Below are positions 26,748 through 34,023 of a stretch of DNA of 64,000 bases, piece after piece; the first letter of the stretch is position 1, and each line of letters starts with the position of its first letter. Location: NCBI GenBank assembly GCA_036502245.1, contig DASXYX010000026.1, forward strand, positions 8,575 to 72,574, in the 5' to 3' direction. This DNA is from Verrucomicrobiia bacterium. GTDB lineage: Bacteria > Verrucomicrobiota > Verrucomicrobiia > Limisphaerales > UBA11358. Position numbers and translations under genes: made by a program. The notes beneath the pieces are model-generated. The model was not told where the DNA came from, did no database searches, and saw nothing but the letters and a program-made list of their open reading frames with translations.

Positions 26748-27211
26748 ACGCCTGGAAAGTCATTTTCGCGACGATTGTGATCTTCGGCGCGGGTGTTTTC
26801 AGCGGCGGCCTGCTGGTGAATTTCGTTGACCATTCCCGCCCGGGAGGTATCCACCATCCGCCACCCCCGGCCGTGCCGCATGAACCGATGGATACGGCGC
26901 CGCGTCCGGAGGTCCTGAAAACCAACTTTGTCCAGCGGTTGGATGAGGCCCTGCAATTGACTCCAGAACAAAAGGGTGAGATTGAACAGATCGTGCAGGA
27001 AGGGCAGGAACGGAACCGGCAATTATGGCAACAGATTGCGCCCGAGGTGCGCGGGGTGGCCCAGGATACGCGCCAGCATATCAAGGCAGTGCTGACAGAA
27101 GAACAGAAGAAACAATTTGAAGACATGTTCCGCCGCGCGCGCCGGATGGGTCCCACGAATATGCCGCCGGCAGCGCCCCTTGGCGGCTCGACAAATTCGC
27201 CGTCTCCTTAA
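26744..27211 (+). CDS. membrane-anchored LTXXQ-motif periplasmic protein
   Basis: N-terminal anchor VIFATIVIFGAGVFSGGLLV and two LT.EQ motifs (LTPEQKGEIEQI, LTEEQKKQFEDM). The start overlaps the previous gene's stop by 4 nt. Confidence 0.5.
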   Translation: MNAWKVIFATIVIFGAGVFSGGLLVNFVDHSRPGGIHHPPPPAVPHEPMDTAPRPEVLKTNFVQRLDEALQLTPEQKGEIEQIVQEGQERNRQLWQQIAPEVRGVAQDTRQHIKAVLTEEQKKQFEDMFRRARRMGPTNMPPAAPLGGSTNSPSP

Positions 27212-27226
27212 GCCAAAGTCTAGCGG

Positions 27227-27937
27227 TTATTTCTCGTCGAGAAAGGCGCTGATTTTCTTCCGCAATTCCTTGGTGACGGAATTGATGGACCGATTGGCGT
27301 CCACAACCTCGAAATTATAGTTCTTTTGCAGCTTCACAAACGCTTCGGCCATGGCCGTCTGATATTTTAGGAAGCTGTCGAACACGTCGCGGGAGAGGCC
27401 GAGGTCCATGCCGCTTTCCCAGTAATCGAGCGTCGCGTTTTTTGAAAGATTGCGCTGCACCAATTCCTCCGGTTCGACCGAGAGATAGAAAACAGCGTCC
27501 GGCACCAGGGCGATGCCATAGAGATTTTTGAGCCATTTTTCGTCCATCCCCCTCACGAGATCCCGGGCCATAAGAGTATGGATATAGCGGTCCGCCAGGA
27601 CGATGAACCCCGCTTTGAGTGCGGGAAGGATCATGTTTTCAAGTTGATCGGCAAAGTCCGTGGCGTAGAAAAGGCTCAAGGTGGTGCGACTAAGAATGTT
27701 TCCCTGCTGCGCTTCTTCGAGTTCTTTGCTGACCAGGGTGGAGCGTTTCAAACCGACCTGCACGGTTGGGTGACCGCTGGTCTCCAGCCAATCCACCAAT
27801 TGCGCGATCTGCGACGACCGACCGGAACCGTCCGCTCCTTCCACGACGAAGAATTTGCCTTCCAATTCCTCCGGTTTCACCCGGGGGATACCATGGCCGA
27901 AAAACTTCCGGCATTTTTTTGGTTCAGAATTTTTCAT
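27227..27937 (-). CDS. thymidylate-kinase-like protein with a degenerate P-loop
   Basis: Tmk-like layout (VVEGADGSGRSSQ, LADRYIHT). Walker A reads GSGRSS, so the invariant Lys is Arg (codon CGG at 27818-27820). It is a paralog of the upstream gene. Confidence 0.65.
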   Translation of the reverse strand: MKNSEPKKCRKFFGHGIPRVKPEELEGKFFVVEGADGSGRSSQIAQLVDWLETSGHPTVQVGLKRSTLVSKELEEAQQGNILSRTTLSLFYATDFADQLENMILPALKAGFIVLADRYIHTLMARDLVRGMDEKWLKNLYGIALVPDAVFYLSVEPEELVQRNLSKNATLDYWESGMDLGLSRDVFDSFLKYQTAMAEAFVKLQKNYNFEVVDANRSINSVTKELRKKISAFLDEK

Positions 27938-28719
27938 ACGGCGGCTAAATCCTCATCGTGTTCTTTGACGTCGCTCTGCCATGCCGGGGGAAGAGGCAAG
28001 GGCGTTTTGCGTTTGAATTTTTTCAAGTCAATTTTCTCGCTGACCAGTTTGCGTACCAGCACCTGTTGTTTTTCAACGTTTTGGTTCGCATCCATGACGA
28101 TAAAATTGAATTCAGCGCTCATGGCCATATACTGGTCAAGGATTCGACCCTGGAAAATCTTGAAACTTTCATACGGATCGGTCGAGAGGCGCAGATCCAT
28201 GCCGGCTTCGAAGAATTTCAGTTTGGGGCGGCCTTCCAGGATGCGGTTCAACGAGACATCCAGGTCGGCTTTGAAGAAGATGGTCATGTCCGGCTGGGCA
28301 GCAAAACCATAAAGCCCGCGCACCCAATCCGGAGGGCAGCCGCGGGTGACATCGCGCGCGAAGGCGGTGAATGCGTAACGGTCGCACAATACGATGTAGC
28401 CCGCGCGCAAGAGCGGGAGAAGATGGCGTTCATAGCGGTCGGCGAAATCGGTAGCGTGAATGAGGCTGAACGTGGTAGGCGTGAGCAACTCGCGTTTTTT
28501 ACCCTTGCTCGTGGCCGATTTGACCAGTTCGGAAGAATTCCACTCGCTGAAATAGACCTTGATGCCTTCGGCCTCGAGCCAGCGTTTGAGCAGATAAATT
28601 TGCGTGGACTTGCCCGAGCCATCGAGTCCTTCGACGGCGATGAGCCGGCCCGGAAAGTTCAATTCTGAAAAAGTTTTCATAATATTGCCAACGACGTTTT
28701 GTGATTCTAACAAAGACAC
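27934..28719 (-). CDS. thymidylate-kinase-like protein (intact P-loop)
   Basis: AVEGLDGSGKSTQ P-loop and LCDRYAFT (DRY motif). ATGA overlap with the downstream paralog. An alternative start is ATG 28680 (MKTF). Confidence 0.7.
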   Translation of the reverse strand: MSLLESQNVVGNIMKTFSELNFPGRLIAVEGLDGSGKSTQIYLLKRWLEAEGIKVYFSEWNSSELVKSATSKGKKRELLTPTTFSLIHATDFADRYERHLLPLLRAGYIVLCDRYAFTAFARDVTRGCPPDWVRGLYGFAAQPDMTIFFKADLDVSLNRILEGRPKLKFFEAGMDLRLSTDPYESFKIFQGRILDQYMAMSAEFNFIVMDANQNVEKQQVLVRKLVSEKIDLKKFKRKTPLPLPPAWQSDVKEHDEDLAAV

Positions 28720-29108
28720 CGCTGGTCACAAGCGCAACTTAATAGCATGGATCAGGCTCCCGGCATTGTTAAATTTGGGTTAAACCTGCTAATAGGCTGA
28801 TTTTCACAAGATTGCTTGTCCGTGCGGATTCTACATATGAATGCGAAGAGACAAGCATTGCATTGTCGTCAAAGTTCCGTCCTAGCGGGAACGGCTTGAT
28901 GCTGAATGCCTTGCCCCTTGCCAATCACGAGAACGCTTGCACCTCTGCTGCCAACGTGTTAAACGAAATCGCAGTTGTCCGGTTTGGGAACTATTGCATG
29001 ACGATATGGACGCATGAGGACAGGAAGTGGACACAAAAATGCGACGTTACAAACTCGGCTAAATTTTCAGCGACAGATGAAACACGGATTGAACACATAT
29101 TTTAAAAA

Positions 29109-29834
29109 ATGACTTGGTCTCCAATTCAACCTAAAAATTCCAGTGACAAAGTTTGGAGATATTTGGATTTGCCAAAGTTCGTTTATCTGTTGAATTCAAA
29201 AAAACTGTATTTCCCCAGTGCTGAACGATTGGAAGATAAACACGAAGGTTCGATTTTTCTATTTCAAAAAGAAATAGAACTAAGAGAAATGACCGAAACA
29301 AGATTGGCGAATTTGCTTCCTATTTTATCTGACATGCGACGAGAGCAACTTAAGTGCACTTTTATTAGTTGCTGGCACAGGAATAATTCAGATTCCCAGG
29401 CGATGTGGAAGATTTTTTGCGGAGAAAAGCAGGGGGTAGCTATGGTGACGAGTTATCAAAAGCTTGCCAGTTGTGTGAATCTGAATTTGTATGTCATAGG
29501 ATGCGTTGCTTACGATAATTCCGACCCATTACCAAATAATCTTATTGCTCCATTTATGCAAAAACGTAAGGCATTTGCATATGAGCAGGAGGTGCGGATC
29601 ATAGCTAATCTTTACACTTCTCCTGATTTCCGAGATAAGAATGGACAATTTTGCCCGACACGGGAACATCTCGCGCTTCCAATTGATTTAGCAAAATTGA
29701 TTGAAACAATTTACGTTCATCCCGATGCAGATAGACTTTACTTCCAAATAATTGAATCGCTGGTTTCAAAATATGCTCCAAAACTCAAAGACAGAGTAAA
29801 ATGGTCTGAAATGAAGGCTCTGCCCGGATATTAA
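29109..29834 (+). CDS. DUF2971-like protein
   Basis: VWRYLDLPKFVYLLNSKKLYFPSAERLEDKHEGS at the N-terminus, then ISCWHRNNSDSQAMWKIF...GVAMV and AYEQEVRII, matching my recollection of the DUF2971 layout. Visibly lower GC than the flanks. Confidence 0.5.
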   Translation: MTWSPIQPKNSSDKVWRYLDLPKFVYLLNSKKLYFPSAERLEDKHEGSIFLFQKEIELREMTETRLANLLPILSDMRREQLKCTFISCWHRNNSDSQAMWKIFCGEKQGVAMVTSYQKLASCVNLNLYVIGCVAYDNSDPLPNNLIAPFMQKRKAFAYEQEVRIIANLYTSPDFRDKNGQFCPTREHLALPIDLAKLIETIYVHPDADRLYFQIIESLVSKYAPKLKDRVKWSEMKALPGY

Positions 29835-29851
29835 ATTAGCTTTCAATCCAT

Positions 29852-30718
29852 GTGTTTAATGTTTTGAAAAATAATCGTGACAATGCGCTGGTTCCGAAAC
29901 CGTCAGGTGCGGTCGAAAAAGCTGCACTCGGCAGGAAACACATTTTGTCTCGCATGGTCACTGATGCATTAGACCTCGCAAGAAAAATATCGAATAACGA
30001 GGTTAAAGCAACAAATGCGCAGTTAGAAGATTGGTTTCAGACAGGAGAAAAATACAGATATGGACAAGGTGTGCCACAGAGTTACACAGAAGCGGTAAAA
30101 TGGTTTCGTATGGCTGCGGAGAAAGGTTATGTGAAGGCGCAATATTCGCTTGGTAGTTGCTACCTGTTTGGCGATTTTTTAAACGGAGTGCCAAAAAACG
30201 AAACTGAAGCCGTAAAATGGTTCCGCAAAGCGGCGGGGCAAGGTTACGCATATGCTCAAGTCGCTCTCGGCTATCGCTATTATGCAGGCGAAGGTGTAGA
30301 GCAAGATTATGTAACGGCAGCAAAGTGGTATCGCAAAGCGGCAGATCAAAATAATGCTCTTGCTCAAACCAGGCTTGGCAGCTGCTATTATGAAGGCGTG
30401 GGTATACCGCAAGATTATGCGGAAGCATTAAAATGGTGGAGCAAGGCTGCCAAACAAAATTATGTTGAGGCGCAATATTTTCTTGGCCGCTGCTATCAAA
30501 ATGGACAAGGAATCTCGCCGGATACCATTGAAGCATACAAATTCTATAAATTAGCGGCGGGACAGAGAAATGTGACAACTGCAAGCGTGGAACATAGTTG
30601 TAAAGCTGCTGCAGAGAATCTGAAACAAATCGTGGCACAAATGACTGCTGACGAAATCGCCGAAGGAGAACGTCGTTTTCGTGAGTCTAATATCTCAAAA
30701 CTTGAACCAAGCCAATAA
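29852..30718 (+). CDS. Sel1-repeat (SLR/TPR-like) protein
   Basis: Five repeats of about 36 aa of the type EAVKWFRKAAGQGYAYAQVALGYRYYAGEGV. GTG start, with a roughly 60-aa non-repeat N-terminal region. Confidence 0.8.
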   Translation: MFNVLKNNRDNALVPKPSGAVEKAALGRKHILSRMVTDALDLARKISNNEVKATNAQLEDWFQTGEKYRYGQGVPQSYTEAVKWFRMAAEKGYVKAQYSLGSCYLFGDFLNGVPKNETEAVKWFRKAAGQGYAYAQVALGYRYYAGEGVEQDYVTAAKWYRKAADQNNALAQTRLGSCYYEGVGIPQDYAEALKWWSKAAKQNYVEAQYFLGRCYQNGQGISPDTIEAYKFYKLAAGQRNVTTASVEHSCKAAAENLKQIVAQMTADEIAEGERRFRESNISKLEPSQ

Positions 30719-31346
30719 ATCCAACGGATTTGAATTAGTCTGGAAGCCGTCTGACGCAATTGAAAAAGCTGCGCCTGGCGCGCGAAATGTTTTGTTGGGC
30801 ATAGTGCTTGATGCCCTCGCATCGGCTAAAAAACAATCGCTTTCAGAACGAACATTATCTGTATTGATCGGTGGTAATTTAGATGCCTGCCTTGACCATC
30901 TTTTCTTGGACCAGATTTTGGAGGCGACACAAAAGGAAATCAATATCGAGATAATACATACCGAAGCGATTGACGAAATAATGTCTGTAGTCGCAAAACG
31001 GAAATTTGATCTAGCCCTTTTGTATTTGGATTTTTTCCGAAAGGACCACGAGTTTGGATATACTCAACGAGATCGCCAATATGAATTTTCTGACAACCAA
31101 ACAATTTTGCGTCGAGCTGATTTACTCCAGCGCGAAAATGTGAGAATTACCAACAGCGGATTTGTATTAATAAGCTTTTTGTCCAAGATGCATGGAATTC
31201 CTGTTGTTGTATTGACGGGAAGCGGCTATCAGGGGGTGCAAACGGAAGCCAAGCAGGCAGGTGCCAGCGCCTTTTTTCCAATACCATTTGCCGATTCACA
31301 ATTGGTTGAAAGTCTGCGTGAAATTTTTCTTAAACAAAACAAATGA
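30681..31346 (+). CDS. hypothetical protein with a degenerate receiver-like (pseudo-REC) fold
   Basis: FDLALLYLD, IPVVVLTGSG and ASAFFPIPF resemble REC beta3, beta4 and beta5. The N-terminal acidic pair and the conserved Lys appear to be missing. Start is uncertain (GTG 30681 or TTG 30702). It overlaps the Sel1 gene's end. Confidence 0.4.
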   Translation: MSLISQNLNQANKSNGFELVWKPSDAIEKAAPGARNVLLGIVLDALASAKKQSLSERTLSVLIGGNLDACLDHLFLDQILEATQKEINIEIIHTEAIDEIMSVVAKRKFDLALLYLDFFRKDHEFGYTQRDRQYEFSDNQTILRRADLLQRENVRITNSGFVLISFLSKMHGIPVVVLTGSGYQGVQTEAKQAGASAFFPIPFADSQLVESLREIFLKQNK

Positions 31347-32164
31347 AATCGGCATCTCCAATTATTTATTCCAGCCCAGAGTTGGAGAAATTGCGTCAGC
31401 TTGTGGCGAACTCGCGTTCGCAGGTGGCGGAATTGGAAGTTGAATTTGCAAAAGAAAAGTCGCGCGTGAATGCAATGCAGGCGGCGTTATTCCGGCGCTT
31501 GTGCGAATATTATCAAAAGCGCGACCGACTACGAATCACATTAGATTATCGAAAGAAATTTTTAGAATCGCTCGAACGCAAAGATTCGGCGGCAGCGCAG
31601 CAAGCTGAACAAAATTTCGAGCAGGCCAAAGCGCAATCAGACAAGGATTACGAAGATTTAGCGGCGGCAGCGGAGAAAAAGAGACAACTGTCCGCCGAAC
31701 AGGAAGCGGAACTAATGCGGCTCTGGAAAAAGTTGGTGAAGCTGTATCATCCCGACCGTTTCGCGCAAGAGCCGGATAAATTGGAAACATATCACAAACT
31801 GACGGCGGCCATCAATCAGGCAAAGGATAATGGCGATATTGAGTCCTTGCGAGAAATTGCGGAAGACCCGGAAGGTTTTATATTGCGTCAAGGCTGGACG
31901 ATTTTGGATTTAAAGGACGAGGAAGAATTGCCGCAATTGAGAAAATTATACGAGGCGTTGCAAAAGGAAATTTTGACACTCACTGAAGCGTTGAAAGTGT
32001 TACGCGCCAGTCCAGATTATGAGCTTTGCCAGCTTATGGAACAGAAGCCGGGAATTTTGGATGAACTTGCGGCGGAACGCGCGAAGCAGCTTGAAATTGA
32101 AAATGCAGAATTGGAATCGCAGGCAAGTCAATTGGAAAAAGAAATTTCAGATAGAAAAATTTAA
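31343..32164 (+). CDS. J-domain (DnaJ-like) coiled-coil protein
   Basis: LMRLWKKLVKLYHPDRFAQEPDKLETYHKLTAAINQAKDNGD contains the HPD tripeptide (31748-31756). Long heptad-like E/K/Q/A-rich segments flank it. ATGA overlap with the previous gene. Confidence 0.65.
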   Translation: MKSASPIIYSSPELEKLRQLVANSRSQVAELEVEFAKEKSRVNAMQAALFRRLCEYYQKRDRLRITLDYRKKFLESLERKDSAAAQQAEQNFEQAKAQSDKDYEDLAAAAEKKRQLSAEQEAELMRLWKKLVKLYHPDRFAQEPDKLETYHKLTAAINQAKDNGDIESLREIAEDPEGFILRQGWTILDLKDEEELPQLRKLYEALQKEILTLTEALKVLRASPDYELCQLMEQKPGILDELAAERAKQLEIENAELESQASQLEKEISDRKI

Positions 32165-32238
32165 TCCATTTTGGCGTTCTCGTCAGGTGAGGAGATTGAA
32201 CAGTTGCCGAACTCTTCTATTTCGACGATTATTTTGGC

Positions 32239-32550
32239 ATGAGTGTTGCCGAATTGCCCATTCAGATCAACCGCGAGCAGGTTGCGCATTTTTGCCGGGA
32301 ACGCGGCATACGCAAATTGAGCCTCTTCGGTTCGGTATTGCATGACGATTTTGACCCACAGCGCAGTGATGTGGACGTGTTGGCGGAATTTGAGCCGGGC
32401 GCTCTGAAAAAAGCGGGCTTCCAATACTTCGGCTATGGTGAGGAACTGGCGGCCATCATCGGGCGCAAGGTGGATTTCTGTTCACGGCTGCATCCGCTGA
32501 TTTTTGATCGCATCAAGGACGAATTATTTCCCGTGTATGAGCGCGCGTGA
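32239..32550 (+). CDS. nucleotidyltransferase (MNT/MntA-type antitoxin)
   Basis: LSLFGSVLHDDFDPQRSDVDVLAEF carries the GS...DxD minimal NTase motif. Confidence 0.8.
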   Translation: MSVAELPIQINREQVAHFCRERGIRKLSLFGSVLHDDFDPQRSDVDVLAEFEPGALKKAGFQYFGYGEELAAIIGRKVDFCSRLHPLIFDRIKDELFPVYERA

Positions 32551-32899
32551 TGCCGACGTGACACTGCGGCAAATCGTCGAGGTTTGCGACAAAGCTATTG
32601 AATTGCGGAATACGACGACGTGGGAGGAGTTTCACAACGACTGGCGCAAGCAGATGTTGGGTGAGCGATTGGTAGAAGTCCTGGGTGAAGCTGTAAAACG
32701 CCTGCCGGATGACTTGCGCCAGCGGCATCCGCAGTTGCCCTGGCAAAAGATTGCCAGCACACGGAATTATATCGCTCATGGTTATGACAGTGTGGATTAT
32801 GAAGTGATTTGGGGTGTGCTTGATGTTGAAGCAAGCAAGTTGAAGGCATCCGTGCTCACAATTCTTGCCAAGGAATTTCCCGAGTCGCCCAAACGGTAA
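32537..32899 (+). CDS. HEPN-domain (DUF86/HepT-type) toxin
   Basis: Rx4H motif RNYIAH followed by GYD. It overlaps the MNT gene's end, and the start at ATG 32537 was chosen within the tracked ORF. Confidence 0.8.
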   Translation: MSARDADVTLRQIVEVCDKAIELRNTTTWEEFHNDWRKQMLGERLVEVLGEAVKRLPDDLRQRHPQLPWQKIASTRNYIAHGYDSVDYEVIWGVLDVEASKLKASVLTILAKEFPESPKR

Positions 32900-33161
32900 A
32901 CCTGTTATCTGCTACTAAATCGACGTGCCCAAACCAAGCCTATTAACAAGAAAGAAGACATTGATACGTCTTAGTAAAATGGAACCGCTTCCCGATGAAG
33001 TGTTGGAGCGGATCTATTCCCAACCGGAACGAGATGAGGTTGGAATCGACCGATTGATGAAAGCCCAAGCGCCGGGAGGACGGGATTGAATGTCCGGGGG
33101 GATCGTCGCGGCTGGCTTTCCCAAGATTGATTGCCCTAACAGTTTGTGTTACTGAATCCGT

Positions 33162-34010
33162 GTGCCTGAACCGAGCCTGCTGATCCTTATCCCGGCTTAT
33201 AATGAAGAAACGCGCATTGAACCTGTCTTGCGCGAATACGCGGCTTTTTTCGAGAAAAATTATTCGGGCAAATGCCAGATTGTGGTCGTGCTCAATGGTT
33301 GCCGCGACAATACGCTGGGCGTGGTCCAAAAGGTGGCGGCGGAGTTTTCAACCGTCAGCGCTCTGGAATTCAAGGAAGCCATCGGCAAAGGCGGCGCGCT
33401 GATCGAGGGGCTTAAACTGGCGATGCAAGCCGACCTGATCGGTTACGTGGATGCCGACGGCGCCACCCCGCCCCATTCCATCTACGACCTGACCAAATAC
33501 ATGGACCGCGCCGATTGTGTGATCGGTTCGCGCTGGCTATCGGATTCCGTGTTGCACCAGGAACAGACGACATTGCGAAAATCATTCAGCCGTTGCTTTC
33601 ACTTCATCGTGGAGTCGCTTTTCTGGATGCGTATCAAAGACACACAGTGCCCCTGCAAATTGATGAAGCGCGAGGCGGTGGAGCGCATCCATTCCAACCT
33701 GCGCATCGCCGATTTGGCGTTCGACGTGAACCTGCTGGTGGCGTTGAAACGCGCCGGGTTCAGGATTATGGAAGTGCCGATCGAATGGACGGATAAGATC
33801 GGTTCCAAGGTCACCTCGTCACTGTTTCGCTCGTCGCTGACAATGTTTCTTTCAGTCGTGCGGATCAGACTGATTTACTCGCCATTCTATAAATGGCTGC
33901 GGCCCTTGCGCCCGCTGGAGGGGTGGGTTTACACGAAACTACGGGCGCCGCAACCGCTCCCGCGCCAGGAATCCACCAACCCGGTATCCAAAGACGAGAA
34001 ATCAAAATAG
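33162..34010 (+). CDS. family 2 glycosyltransferase (polyprenyl-phosphate sugar transferase-like)
   Basis: LILIPAYNEETRI, DADGATPP (DxD region) and a C-terminal membrane-associated segment. Confidence 0.8.
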   Translation: MPEPSLLILIPAYNEETRIEPVLREYAAFFEKNYSGKCQIVVVLNGCRDNTLGVVQKVAAEFSTVSALEFKEAIGKGGALIEGLKLAMQADLIGYVDADGATPPHSIYDLTKYMDRADCVIGSRWLSDSVLHQEQTTLRKSFSRCFHFIVESLFWMRIKDTQCPCKLMKREAVERIHSNLRIADLAFDVNLLVALKRAGFRIMEVPIEWTDKIGSKVTSSLFRSSLTMFLSVVRIRLIYSPFYKWLRPLRPLEGWVYTKLRAPQPLPRQESTNPVSKDEKSK

Positions 34011-34023
34011 TTTTGGCTCCCGG

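Noticed and set aside
28812-29105. 97-aa ORF upstream of the DUF2971-like gene
   Set aside because: It has a TTG start, no RBS-like sequence and an odd composition. Its 3' end is made of a short interspersed repeat (ACAGATGAAACACGGATTGAACAC type, related to 17262-17290). It is more likely non-coding.
28781-32906. Possible direct repeat TAAACCTG[CT]T at both edges of the low-GC island (28781-28790 and 32897-32906)
   Set aside because: Only 9 of 10 nt match. That is easily expected by chance in 64 kb, and the right copy contains the HEPN stop codon. It is not enough to call att sites.
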